NCBI GenBank assembly: GCA_963667465.2
Contig: CAXXDN010000001.1
Span: 448,001 to 512,000, forward strand
Length of the DNA: 64,000 nt
Direction of reading: 5' to 3'
Origin: Dehalococcoidia bacterium
GTDB lineage: Bacteria > Chloroflexota > Dehalococcoidia > UBA2979
Below, in pieces: positions 37,789-46,659 of the stretch. Made by a program: the position numbers and the translations under genes. How positions within the stretch are numbered: position 1 is the first letter of the stretch; every line of letters starts with the position of its first letter. The notes beneath the pieces are model-generated. The model searched no databases. It was given only the letters and a program-made list of their open reading frames with translations, and was not told where the DNA came from.

Positions 37789-38178
37789 ATGACTACCGAT
37801 TCGCCCCGCAGCGCCCCGGCAGGCCGCCCACCCGCGGGCCGCGATCGCGACCGTGACCGTGACCGTGACTCCGACTTCGGACGCGGCCGCGGAGGCGGCG
37901 GCCGCGGCGGCGGAGGCGGCGGCGGACGTGGCAGGCGGCGGCCTTGCGAGTTCTGCCCGCCGGGCACGCGAGTGGTGGACTACAAGAACACGCCGATGCT
38001 GCGCCGCTACCTGACCGAGCGCGGCAAGATGGAGGCGCGCCGCCGCGGCGGCTGCACGGCCAAGTGCCAGCGGCTCCTGGCGCAGGCCATCAAGCGCGCT
38101 CGCCACATGGCCCTGCTCCCGTACACCGCCGAACATGTCCGGCTGAGCAACGTCCCCGCCGGGCGGCCGCGCCGCTAG
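37789..38178 (+). CDS. rpsR: 30S ribosomal protein bS18 with low-complexity N-terminal extension
   Basis: CEFC, VDYKN, YLTERGK, AIKRARHMALLPY. Confidence 0.95.
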   Translation: MTTDSPRSAPAGRPPAGRDRDRDRDRDSDFGRGRGGGGRGGGGGGGRGRRRPCEFCPPGTRVVDYKNTPMLRRYLTERGKMEARRRGGCTAKCQRLLAQAIKRARHMALLPYTAEHVRLSNVPAGRPRR

Positions 38179-38223
38179 GCGCCAGCGGATCGCGACGGCG
38201 CTCCGGGAGGAGGGCCCGCACAC

Positions 38224-39342
38224 GTGCCCCGCCCCCGAGGCCAGGCCGATCGCAACTCCGGATCGACGCGTATCAGCGCGCGCCGTGAGCGCGATGAACG
38301 CGCGCGCCGCCGGGAGCGCGTCACGATCGTCGCGGTCACCGTCGTACTCGGCGTCGCCGTGCTGGTCGTGCTCGCTGGCCTCTACATCACGCAATACCGC
38401 CCACCCCGCGCCCACGTCCTGAGCGTCGGCGAGACGGACTACCCGGCCGCCGAGGTCGCGCGCCGCACCATCTACGAGGTCCGCTTCGGCGATCTGCCGG
38501 GCGGGATCGGCGAGGCCGTGCCGGAGACCCTGAGCGTCCTCGAGGAGCAGACGATCCTGCTGGATCGCGCCCCCGCCTTCGTCGGCGCGGCGACAGACGA
38601 GGACGTCGAGCAGTGGCTGCGTGTGCACCTCGGCTTCGCGCCGCCCGATGAGCCTGCCCCGGACGTGGCTGCGGATGACGGTGACTCGAGCGGCGCGGCG
38701 GACAGCGGCGCGGCGGACGAGGGGCTCCTCGCAGAGGATCCGGAGGAAGAAGCCGCCCGCTTCGCGAACGCACTCGCCGACTGGCTGCGCCACGTCGATC
38801 TGCCGAAGGATGAGTACGACCTCGTGGTCGCGGTCGGCATCCTCGGTGATCGCCTGCGCGACCAGTTCCGGGCGGAGATCGGCGAGACGGCGGACCAGGT
38901 GCGCGCCTCACGCATCCGCCTCGCCGATCGCGGCGGAGCCGAGGATGTGCGCACGCTGCTGCTGGAGGGTGCGGACTTCGCCGAGCTTGCTGCGGAGCGC
39001 AGCGCCGAGCCCGAGTCTGCCGCGCAGGGTGGCGACCTCGGCTGGCTCCCGTTCGGCTCGCTCAGTGACAGAGCACGGGCGGTGGTCGAGGGCCTCGAGC
39101 CGGGGTCGGTCAGCGAGGTCGTCGACACGGGGCTGTTCTTCGATGTCTATCTTGTTGCCGAGCGCGAGGTTGCCCGGCCCCTCGAGCCCGCGCAGATCGA
39201 GGCGCTGATCGAGCGCCGCTGGGACGAGTGGCTGCTGGCGCAACGGGCTATGGTGTCCGTGGAGCGCGATTTGTCCGATGGCGAAGAGCGCTGGATTCTC
39301 GATCGCGTGGTCAGCAGCCTGTCGAGCGGAGGCGGCTCGTGA
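38224..39342 (+). CDS. Membrane-anchored parvulin-type peptidylprolyl isomerase
   Basis: N-terminal TM; GADFAELAAERS...GGDLGW rotamase motif. Confidence 0.82.
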   Translation: MPRPRGQADRNSGSTRISARRERDERARRRERVTIVAVTVVLGVAVLVVLAGLYITQYRPPRAHVLSVGETDYPAAEVARRTIYEVRFGDLPGGIGEAVPETLSVLEEQTILLDRAPAFVGAATDEDVEQWLRVHLGFAPPDEPAPDVAADDGDSSGAADSGAADEGLLAEDPEEEAARFANALADWLRHVDLPKDEYDLVVAVGILGDRLRDQFRAEIGETADQVRASRIRLADRGGAEDVRTLLLEGADFAELAAERSAEPESAAQGGDLGWLPFGSLSDRARAVVEGLEPGSVSEVVDTGLFFDVYLVAEREVARPLEPAQIEALIERRWDEWLLAQRAMVSVERDLSDGEERWILDRVVSSLSSGGGS

Positions 39343-40646
39343 GCGATGGGCAAGGGCACGAGGGCGGTCCGATCGGCGTCGCGCTCTTCGGCGCGGGCAA
39401 CGTCGGCGGCGGCGTGATCGAGGCGCTCGATCGCGGCGGGGAACGCTACGCCACCGTGGTCGGGCGTCCGCTCGAACTTCGCGGCGCGCTCGTGCGCGAC
39501 GCCTCGACGCCGCGCCACGGCCTGGCGGCCGAATGCCTGACGACGGACGCGGACGCGCTGCTGGCGGACCCCGCCGTGCGCATCGTCGTCGAGCTCATGG
39601 GCGGCGAGGAGCCGGCTGCGGACTACATCGCCCGCGCCCTGCGCTCCGGCCGGCACGTGGTGACGGCCAACAAGGAGGTGATCGCCAAGCAGGGGCGCGA
39701 TCTCCTCGCGATCGCCGCGGACCACGGCGTACGCCTGCTCTATGAAGCCTCAGTCGGGGGCGGGATCCCGATCATCAACCCGCTCTCTCGCGACCTCCTC
39801 GGCAACCAGATCGCCGGCGTGACCGCGATCATCAACGGCACCACCAACTACATGCTCAGCGGCATGGCCAGCGAGGGCGCCGACTACGCGGAGATCCTCG
39901 CCGACGCGCAGCGCCTGGGCTACGCGGAGCCGGACCCCACCGCCGATGTCGAGGGCATCGACGCCGCCTACAAGCTCGCAATCCTCTGCGGGCTGGCGTT
40001 CCACGTTGCTGTCAGCCCGGACGACATCGTGCGCCAGGGCATCACGACGCTGACCGCCAACGACCTGCGCCACGCGGACGCACTCGGCTACGCGATCAAG
40101 CTGCTCGCGAACGGGCGCCTCGTCGACGGCGAGCTGGTCGCCTCGGTGCAGCCGACGCTGATCGCGCGCAGCGAGCCACTGGCCAGGATCGACGGGGTGC
40201 TGAACGCGGTACAGGTCGAGGGCGACCTCGTCGGTCGCGTCGTGCTCGAGGGGCCGGGCGCCGGGCCCGGTCCCACGGCGAGCGCCGTGCTGGCGGACGT
40301 GCTCGACGTCGCCCGCGACATCGTCGCGGGACGGCCGCCGGTGGAGACGCCGCCGCTGCGCAGCGTGCGCGTGCGACCAACCGGCGAGCACCGCGCCCGG
40401 CGCTACCTGCGGATGACCGTGGCGGACCGCCCCGGCGTCCTCGGGGAGATCGGGCACGCGCTGGGCGCGCACGGCGTCAGCATCGCCTCGGTGATCCAGG
40501 TGGAGGCGGACGAGGACGCGCGGACCGCGGAAATCGTGCTCACCACGCACATCGCCGCGGGCGCGGAACTGGAAGCCGCCCTCGCTGCGATCAGCGCCTC
40601 GGACGTGGTCGAGGAGATCTGCAACGTGATCGCGATGGCGGGGTAG
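39339..40646 (+). CDS. hom: Homoserine dehydrogenase with ACT domain
   Basis: GAGNVGGG, VVTANK, YEASVGGGIP, GYAEPDPTADVEG, C-terminal DRPGVL. Confidence 0.95.
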   Translation: MSDGQGHEGGPIGVALFGAGNVGGGVIEALDRGGERYATVVGRPLELRGALVRDASTPRHGLAAECLTTDADALLADPAVRIVVELMGGEEPAADYIARALRSGRHVVTANKEVIAKQGRDLLAIAADHGVRLLYEASVGGGIPIINPLSRDLLGNQIAGVTAIINGTTNYMLSGMASEGADYAEILADAQRLGYAEPDPTADVEGIDAAYKLAILCGLAFHVAVSPDDIVRQGITTLTANDLRHADALGYAIKLLANGRLVDGELVASVQPTLIARSEPLARIDGVLNAVQVEGDLVGRVVLEGPGAGPGPTASAVLADVLDVARDIVAGRPPVETPPLRSVRVRPTGEHRARRYLRMTVADRPGVLGEIGHALGAHGVSIASVIQVEADEDARTAEIVLTTHIAAGAELEAALAAISASDVVEEICNVIAMAG

Positions 40647-40650
40647 CGAC

Positions 40651-41514
40651 ATGACGGCCGAATCGCCGCTCCGCGAACGGGCGATGGATCGCCAACTCCA
40701 GCGCCTCGGCGAGCAGCTTAGTGAGGTGCGCGCGGGCCTCGAGCAGCAGCGCCGGGAGATGGACGACCTGCGCACCGCGCTGAGCCTCTACAGCCGCGCC
40801 TCTGAGGACCAGGGCGTCGACGAGCTCGTCCTCGACCAGGTGCAGACCCGCATCGATCACCTCGACGGGCGGATCGCCAGCGAGAGCGAGCGCAGCCGGC
40901 GCGTCGGCGACGAGCTATCCGAACTCGAACGTGTCCGGGAGAGCGTGGACGTGCGCCTCGAAAGCGCCGAGGGCCGGATTGCCGCCCTCGCCGAGGCGCT
41001 CGGCAGCGAGCGCGAGGAGCGGACGCGGACCGACGCCGCAATTCCGGAATTGGCCGAATCGGTCGACGGGGTCGGCGCGCGGCTCAACGCGCTGCAGGCC
41101 GCACTGCGGCGCACGGAGAACGGCCTTGCCCGCCTGGACAGCAGCCTGGGACGCGAGGAAGAACTGCGCCAGATGGTCGAACAGCACCAGGCGATCCGGG
41201 TTCGCCTCGAGGATCGGCTGCGCGATGTCGAGGAGCGCTTGCAGGAGACGCTGGAACTCCTCGGGTCCGCCACGGAGGAGCGGCTTGCGCTGCGCCACCA
41301 GATCATGGGGTTCGACGAGCGCATGCGGCTGCTGGGTGAGGCGCTGGAGTTCCAGCGCGACGCCGTCATCGATCACTTCCGGCGCGTGATCGAGGTCGAG
41401 GAACAGCAAGGCAAGCGGCAGATCGACGAGATCGAGCAGGGCCTTCGCCGCGGCCGCGCCCTGCTTGTGCGGCTGCGCGAGAGTGGCCCGCGTCCCGCGG
41501 AGGAGCAGTCCTGA
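40651..41514 (+). CDS. Hypothetical coiled-coil protein
   Basis: 287 aa heptad-rich E/R/L sequence; coupled to hom and thrC. Confidence 0.75.
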   Translation: MTAESPLRERAMDRQLQRLGEQLSEVRAGLEQQRREMDDLRTALSLYSRASEDQGVDELVLDQVQTRIDHLDGRIASESERSRRVGDELSELERVRESVDVRLESAEGRIAALAEALGSEREERTRTDAAIPELAESVDGVGARLNALQAALRRTENGLARLDSSLGREEELRQMVEQHQAIRVRLEDRLRDVEERLQETLELLGSATEERLALRHQIMGFDERMRLLGEALEFQRDAVIDHFRRVIEVEEQQGKRQIDEIEQGLRRGRALLVRLRESGPRPAEEQS

Positions 41515-42611
41515 CAGCGCCCGAATCCACGTCCGACCCGGCCGGCTCGGGGCCTCGGGAGACGCGCTTCATCCTCGAGCGCTATGCCGACCTGCTGCCC
41601 GTTGGGCCGGACACGCCGCGTGTCACGCTCGGCGAGGGTGGCACACCGCTGCTCCGCTCGCGTGTGCTCGAGGGCGAACTCGGCCTCGAGGCGCTCTACT
41701 TCAAGCTCGAGGCCTCCAACCCAACCGGCTCGTTCAAGGACCGCGGGATGGTGCTCGCGGCGGCGAAGGCCGTCGAGGCGGGCGCCGAAGCGATGATCTG
41801 CGCCTCCACCGGCAACACCTCCGCCTCGATGGCGGCCTACGCCGCCCGCTACGGCCTGCGCGCCCACGTCGTGGTGCCCTCCGGGCGCGTCGCCGCCGGC
41901 AAGCTCGCGCAGGCGATCGCCTACGGGGCGGACATCGTGGCCCTCGATGGCTCGTTCGACGACGCGTTGCGCGTGGTGCGCGAACTGGCCGCGCAGTACC
42001 CGGTCGCGCTGATGAACTCGGTCAACCCGTACCGCATCCAGGGCCAGAAGACCGCGGCGTTCGAGATCGCCGACGATCTCGGCGACGCCCCGGACCTGCT
42101 CTGCATCCCGGTCGGCAACGCGGGCAACATCACGGCCTACTGGGCGGGCTTCGTCGAGTACCGCCGGCAGGAGCGCAGCGTCCGGCTGCCCCGGATGTGG
42201 GGCTTCCAGGCCGAGGGCGCCGCGCCGCTCGTGCGCGGCGAGCCGGTGCCCGAGCCAGAGACCGTCGCCACCGCAATCCGCATCGGCAATCCCGCATCGT
42301 GGAAGAGCGCAATCGCCGCGCGCGACGACTCCGGCGGCGTGATCGGCGCCGTCTCCGACGACGCGATCCTCGAGGCCTATCGCCGTCTCGCGCGCGACGA
42401 GGGCGTGTTCTGCGAGCCTGCCTCGGCCGCCAGCGTGGCGGGCCTCCTCGCGCGGGCGCGCGCGGGCGAGGATCTGGCGGGGTTGACCGGCGTCTGCGTC
42501 ATCACTGGCTCCGGCCTCAAGGATCCGGACACGGCGATGGCTGTCGAGACGGTGCGCTACTCCTCCCCCGCCGAGGCGGACGCCGTGGCGAGGGCGCTCG
42601 GCTGGTCCTGA
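41511..42611 (+). CDS. thrC: Threonine synthase (probable CTG start)
   Basis: ERYADLLP..VTLGEGGTPL, NPTGSFKDRG, ASTGNTSAS, PVGNAGN; conserved N-terminus extends upstream of the first canonical start. Confidence 0.92.
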   Translation: MTAPESTSDPAGSGPRETRFILERYADLLPVGPDTPRVTLGEGGTPLLRSRVLEGELGLEALYFKLEASNPTGSFKDRGMVLAAAKAVEAGAEAMICASTGNTSASMAAYAARYGLRAHVVVPSGRVAAGKLAQAIAYGADIVALDGSFDDALRVVRELAAQYPVALMNSVNPYRIQGQKTAAFEIADDLGDAPDLLCIPVGNAGNITAYWAGFVEYRRQERSVRLPRMWGFQAEGAAPLVRGEPVPEPETVATAIRIGNPASWKSAIAARDDSGGVIGAVSDDAILEAYRRLARDEGVFCEPASAASVAGLLARARAGEDLAGLTGVCVITGSGLKDPDTAMAVETVRYSSPAEADAVARALGWS

Positions 42612-42672
42612 GCCCCACGCCGGACCGCGTGCTACGATCGAGCGCGCTGACCACGCCTCGGAAGGATCGCTC

Positions 42673-43272
42673 GTGAGCACGGCGCAATACGACGTGGACG
42701 TGAGGCCCGGCTTCGACGACGAGCGCGCCGAGGCCGCGATCCGCGCGCTGATCGAGGCGCTCGGCGAGAACCTGCATCGCGAGGGCCTGGCCGACTCTCC
42801 GCGGCGCATCGCCGCGATGTACCGCGAGCTGTTCGACGGCCTCAACCACGACCCTGTCGAGGTCCTCTCCGTCGGCTTCGAGGAGGGTCACGACGAGCTC
42901 GTGATCCTGCGCGAGATCCCCTTCTACTCGATGTGCGAGCACCACTTCATGCCGTTCCACGGCCAGGCCCACATCGGCTACATGCCGGACGGGCGCATCG
43001 TCGGCCTCTCCAAGATCGCCCGCGCCGTCGAGATCTTCGCGCGCCGTCCGCAGGTGCAGGAGCGCCTGACGACGCAGATCGCCGATTGCATCGAGCAGGT
43101 GCTGCACGCGCAGGGCGCCGGCGTGGTAATCGAGGCCGAACACCTCTGCATGACGGCCCGAGGCGTGCGCAAGCCCGGCGCGACGATGGTCACCTCGGCG
43201 ATGCGCGGCTGCTTCCGCACGGATGCCAACACGCGCCACGAGTTCCTCGGCCTGATCCGGCCGTCGGCCTGA
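42673..43272 (+). CDS. folE: GTP cyclohydrolase I
   Basis: SMCEHHFMPF, GLSK, RRPQVQERLT, HLCM..RG. Confidence 0.97.
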   Translation: MSTAQYDVDVRPGFDDERAEAAIRALIEALGENLHREGLADSPRRIAAMYRELFDGLNHDPVEVLSVGFEEGHDELVILREIPFYSMCEHHFMPFHGQAHIGYMPDGRIVGLSKIARAVEIFARRPQVQERLTTQIADCIEQVLHAQGAGVVIEAEHLCMTARGVRKPGATMVTSAMRGCFRTDANTRHEFLGLIRPSA

Positions 43273-43360
43273 GATCGATGGAGTTCCGCGAAGTGGAGCG
43301 CTGGTCTCTGGCGCGCTACGGCGCGGCTTCGTAGGCTTCCCCGGAAGGATGCCTGCCTCG

Positions 43361-44617
43361 ATGCTCCCTCCACAGCGGCTCGCCGTGCTCTCGTTCCACA
43401 CCTCGCCGCTCGCGCCGCTCGGCGGCCGCGAGAGCGGTGGGATGAACGTCTACGTCCGCGAGGTCTCCCCGCAGCTCGCGCGCGGTGGCCCTGCCGTCGA
43501 CGTCTTCACCCGCCGCACCGACCCGCTCCAGCCCGACGTGCTCACGATGGCTCCGGGGGTGCGCCTGGTGCACATCGACGCCGGACCGCCCTCGCGGCTG
43601 GAGAAAGAGGATCTGCAACCGCTCGCTGCCGCGTTCGCGCGCGGCGTCGCCGACTTCGCGCGGGCCGAGGACGGCAGGTACGACCTCGTGCACTCGCACT
43701 ACTGGCTGGCCGTCGAGGCCGGCGCGCTCCTCGCGCGCGAGTGGGGCCTGCCCCACGTCGCGATGTTCCACACACTCGCGGAGGTCAAGCTGCTCGCACG
43801 CTCGTCCGAGCGCGAACCGGAGGCGCGACGCGAGGCCGAGCGTCGCCTGGTGCACGAGGTCGATCGCATCGTCGCGGCGACCGAACACGAGCGCCGACTG
43901 CTTGATCAGGTCTACGGCGTGCCGCGCGATCGGGTCGAGGTGATCCCGCTGGGCGTGGACCGCGATCGCTTCCGCCCCCGGGCGCAAGTCGACGCCCGCC
44001 GCTCGCTCGGCATCGACCCACAGGCGCGGGTGCTGCTCGCCGCGGGGCGCATCGAGCCGCTTAAGGGCCTCGACATCCTGATCGAGTCGCTGGCGCAGCT
44101 GCCCGGGCATGATCGGCTGCAGCTGCTGATCGTGGGCGGCGATGAGCGCGCCGAGCCGGAGATCGCACGTCTCCGGGCCGTCGCCCGCAATGCGGGCGTC
44201 GACGCCCTCGTACGCTTCGTCGGCCCCGTGCCGCACGATCAGATCGACGCCTACTACAACGCCGCCGACGTGGTCGTCGTGCCCTCGTTCTACGAGTCGT
44301 TCGGGCTGGTCGCCGCCGAGGCGATGGCGTCCGGCGTGCCCGTGGTCGCCTCGCGCGTGGGCGGGCTCACCTCGACGGTGGCGGACGGCCGCAGTGGCTA
44401 TCTGATCCCCTGGCGCTGCCCCGGTCCCTTCGCCGAGAAGATCGACCTGCTGCTTGAGAACCAGCCGCTGCGCGAGGCGCTCGGCGCTGCCGCGGCGCGC
44501 TCGATGGAGCGTTACGAGTGGTCCGCCGTCGCGGGCGGACTGCTCGACCTCTACGTGTCCCTGCTGCGCGAGCGTGCTGCCGGGCCGGCTGCCGAGCCGG
44601 CGCTCGCTCACGCCTGA
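43361..44617 (+). CDS. GT4 glycosyltransferase, MshA-like
   Basis: SFHTSPL..G..ESGGMNVYV, HSHYW, FHTL, YESFGLVA.EA; start may be 43349. Confidence 0.88.
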   Translation: MLPPQRLAVLSFHTSPLAPLGGRESGGMNVYVREVSPQLARGGPAVDVFTRRTDPLQPDVLTMAPGVRLVHIDAGPPSRLEKEDLQPLAAAFARGVADFARAEDGRYDLVHSHYWLAVEAGALLAREWGLPHVAMFHTLAEVKLLARSSEREPEARREAERRLVHEVDRIVAATEHERRLLDQVYGVPRDRVEVIPLGVDRDRFRPRAQVDARRSLGIDPQARVLLAAGRIEPLKGLDILIESLAQLPGHDRLQLLIVGGDERAEPEIARLRAVARNAGVDALVRFVGPVPHDQIDAYYNAADVVVVPSFYESFGLVAAEAMASGVPVVASRVGGLTSTVADGRSGYLIPWRCPGPFAEKIDLLLENQPLREALGAAAARSMERYEWSAVAGGLLDLYVSLLRERAAGPAAEPALAHA

Positions 44618-44625
44618 GCGGCGAC

Positions 44626-45387
44626 GTGACCGAGGACGCCCCGGCCACGGACCTGGAGACGCTCATCGCGGACCTCGAACCGCGGCGCGCCCTCGTCATG
44701 GTCGCCCATCCGGACGACGCCGACTTCGGCTGCGCCGGCACGATGGCGCTGCTCTGCAAGGCCGGCTGGGCAGTCGACCTGTTGGTGGCGACGAACGGGA
44801 ACAAGGGCACCAAGGACCCGCGCAACACGGCCCAGCAACTGGCCGCCGTCCGCGAGGAGGAGCAGCGTCAGGCTGCCGCCATCCTCGGCGTGAACGAGCC
44901 GATCTTTCTCGGATTCCCGGACGGCGGCGTCGAGAACGACGGCGAGCTGCGCGGCCTGCTGGTGCGGGAGCTGCGGAGGCTGCGGCCCTCGCTCGCGATC
45001 ACCTGGGACGGCTTCCGGCCCGGCTTCAACCACCGCGACCACCGCGAGATCGGACGCGCGGCCTACGACGCGATCTATCCGGCGTCCGACGACCACCTCT
45101 TCTACCCCGAGCACCGCGAGGAAGGCCTCGAGCCGCATCGCCCGGACATGCTGCTGCTGGCGGGGGCGCCCGACCCGGACGTGGTGATCGATATCGAGCC
45201 GGTGCTCGATCTGAAGGTCGCGGCCGTCACCGCGCACGTTTCGCAGGTCGGTGGACGCTCGCCGGAGGAGCTGCTGCGCTGGTGGCGGGAGCGCGCCGGG
45301 CCGGCCTCCGGCCCTCGCTACCGCGAGTCGTTCCGGAGCGTTACCTGGGAGCGGGCGCGGCGCAGCCGCGACGCGCGCCGGAACTGA
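44626..45387 (+). CDS. PIG-L family deacetylase (MshB/BshB-like)
   Basis: VAHPDD, TNG.KG, REEE, NHRDH, AHVSQ. Confidence 0.9.
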   Translation: MTEDAPATDLETLIADLEPRRALVMVAHPDDADFGCAGTMALLCKAGWAVDLLVATNGNKGTKDPRNTAQQLAAVREEEQRQAAAILGVNEPIFLGFPDGGVENDGELRGLLVRELRRLRPSLAITWDGFRPGFNHRDHREIGRAAYDAIYPASDDHLFYPEHREEGLEPHRPDMLLLAGAPDPDVVIDIEPVLDLKVAAVTAHVSQVGGRSPEELLRWWRERAGPASGPRYRESFRSVTWERARRSRDARRN

Positions 45388-45409
45388 TCCGGGGCGCAGT
45401 CCCGAGGCG

Positions 45410-45438
45410 TTGACACTGGACCGGCCCGGACGTAGCCT
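45410..45438 (+). promoter_or_regulatory. Sigma70-type promoter of the str operon
   Basis: TTGACA-N17-TAGCCT. Confidence 0.7.
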
Positions 45439-45668
45439 TTTTTCGTTGCGCTTCGCACCGCTGGCGCATGGTTCAACGGTCGGTTGGCCGGGGCGGGTGA
45501 GTACCGGCGACAGGAATCGCACAACGGGTGCGATGTCGCGATCTGGCTCACACTGCAGCCATCTGGCCGTTCATTCTGCCCTCCGTCGTATGGCGGATCG
45601 CAGGCCCGGAACAGCCGGGAGCCCAGAAGAGACTGGCGCGGGGAGCGCGCCGGGAGGACAGGAACGAC

Positions 45669-46082
45669 ATGCCGACCATCAACCAGTTGGTCCGCAAGGG
45701 TCGCAAGCCCGTCACGAAGAAGACGAAGGCGCCGGCGCTGCGCTTCCGCTATAACTCGCTCACCAACCGCACCACGCGCGGCAAGAAGGGTTCGCCGCAG
45801 AAGCGTGGCGTCTGCACCCAGGTGCGCACCGTCACGCCCAAGAAGCCGAACTCCGCGCTGCGCAAGGTCTGCCGCGTCCGTCTCACCAACGGCATCGAGG
45901 TCACCGCCTACATTCCGGGCGAGGGCCACACGCTGCAGGAGCACTCCGTGGTGCTGATCCGCGGCGGGCGCGTCAAGGACCTGCCCGGCGTGCGCTACCA
46001 CGTCGTGCGGGGCGCCCTCGATGCGACCGGCGTCGAGGGTCGCCGCCGCAGCCGCAGCAAATACGGGACGCGCAGGGACTAA
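45669..46082 (+). CDS. rpsL: 30S ribosomal protein uS12
   Basis: [29 protein letters not shown]. Confidence 0.98.
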   Translation: MPTINQLVRKGRKPVTKKTKAPALRFRYNSLTNRTTRGKKGSPQKRGVCTQVRTVTPKKPNSALRKVCRVRLTNGIEVTAYIPGEGHTLQEHSVVLIRGGRVKDLPGVRYHVVRGALDATGVEGRRRSRSKYGTRRD

Positions 46083-46088
46083 TCGACG

Positions 46089-46556
46089 ATGCGCCGCAGC
46101 CGAGCTCCACAACGACCCGTTGCCCCCGATCCGCGCTTCCAGTCGCGGCTCGTCACCGCGTTCACCAACAAGGTGCTGCGCAACGGCAAGAAGAGCACGG
46201 CCGAGCGCATCGTCTACGGAGCCTTCGACCGCATCGAGGAGCAGACCGGCCGGCCGGGAATCGACGTCTTCGAGCAGGCAGTCCGCAACATCACCCCGAT
46301 CATCGAGGTGAAGCCGCGCCGCGTAGGTGGCGCGACCTACCAGGTCCCGGTCGACATCCGCTCCGAGCGCCGTCAGGCGCTCGCGCTACGCTGGCTGCTG
46401 ACCGCGGCCCGCTCGCGTGGCGCACGCTCCATGGAGGAGCGCCTTGCCGCCGAGATGCTGGATGCCGCGAACAACACAGGCGCCGCCGTGCGCCGCAAGG
46501 AAGAGACGCATCGGATGGCCGAGGCCAACCGCGCGTTTGTGCACTACCGATGGTAG
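46089..46556 (+). CDS. rpsG: 30S ribosomal protein uS7
   Basis: [21 protein letters not shown]. Confidence 0.98.
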   Translation: MRRSRAPQRPVAPDPRFQSRLVTAFTNKVLRNGKKSTAERIVYGAFDRIEEQTGRPGIDVFEQAVRNITPIIEVKPRRVGGATYQVPVDIRSERRQALALRWLLTAARSRGARSMEERLAAEMLDAANNTGAAVRRKEETHRMAEANRAFVHYRW

Positions 46557-46659
46557 GCGGCCGGATCACACGGCCAACACCCGCCCCCGGAACACCGGGG
46601 GCGGAACCATTCGTGGGGAGGACGCCGCGCCTCCTCCCGAGCTGGGGGACCAACTGAAC

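Noticed and set aside
46585-46601. Hairpin between rpsG and fusA as a terminator
   Set aside because: No U-tract and internal to a conserved operon
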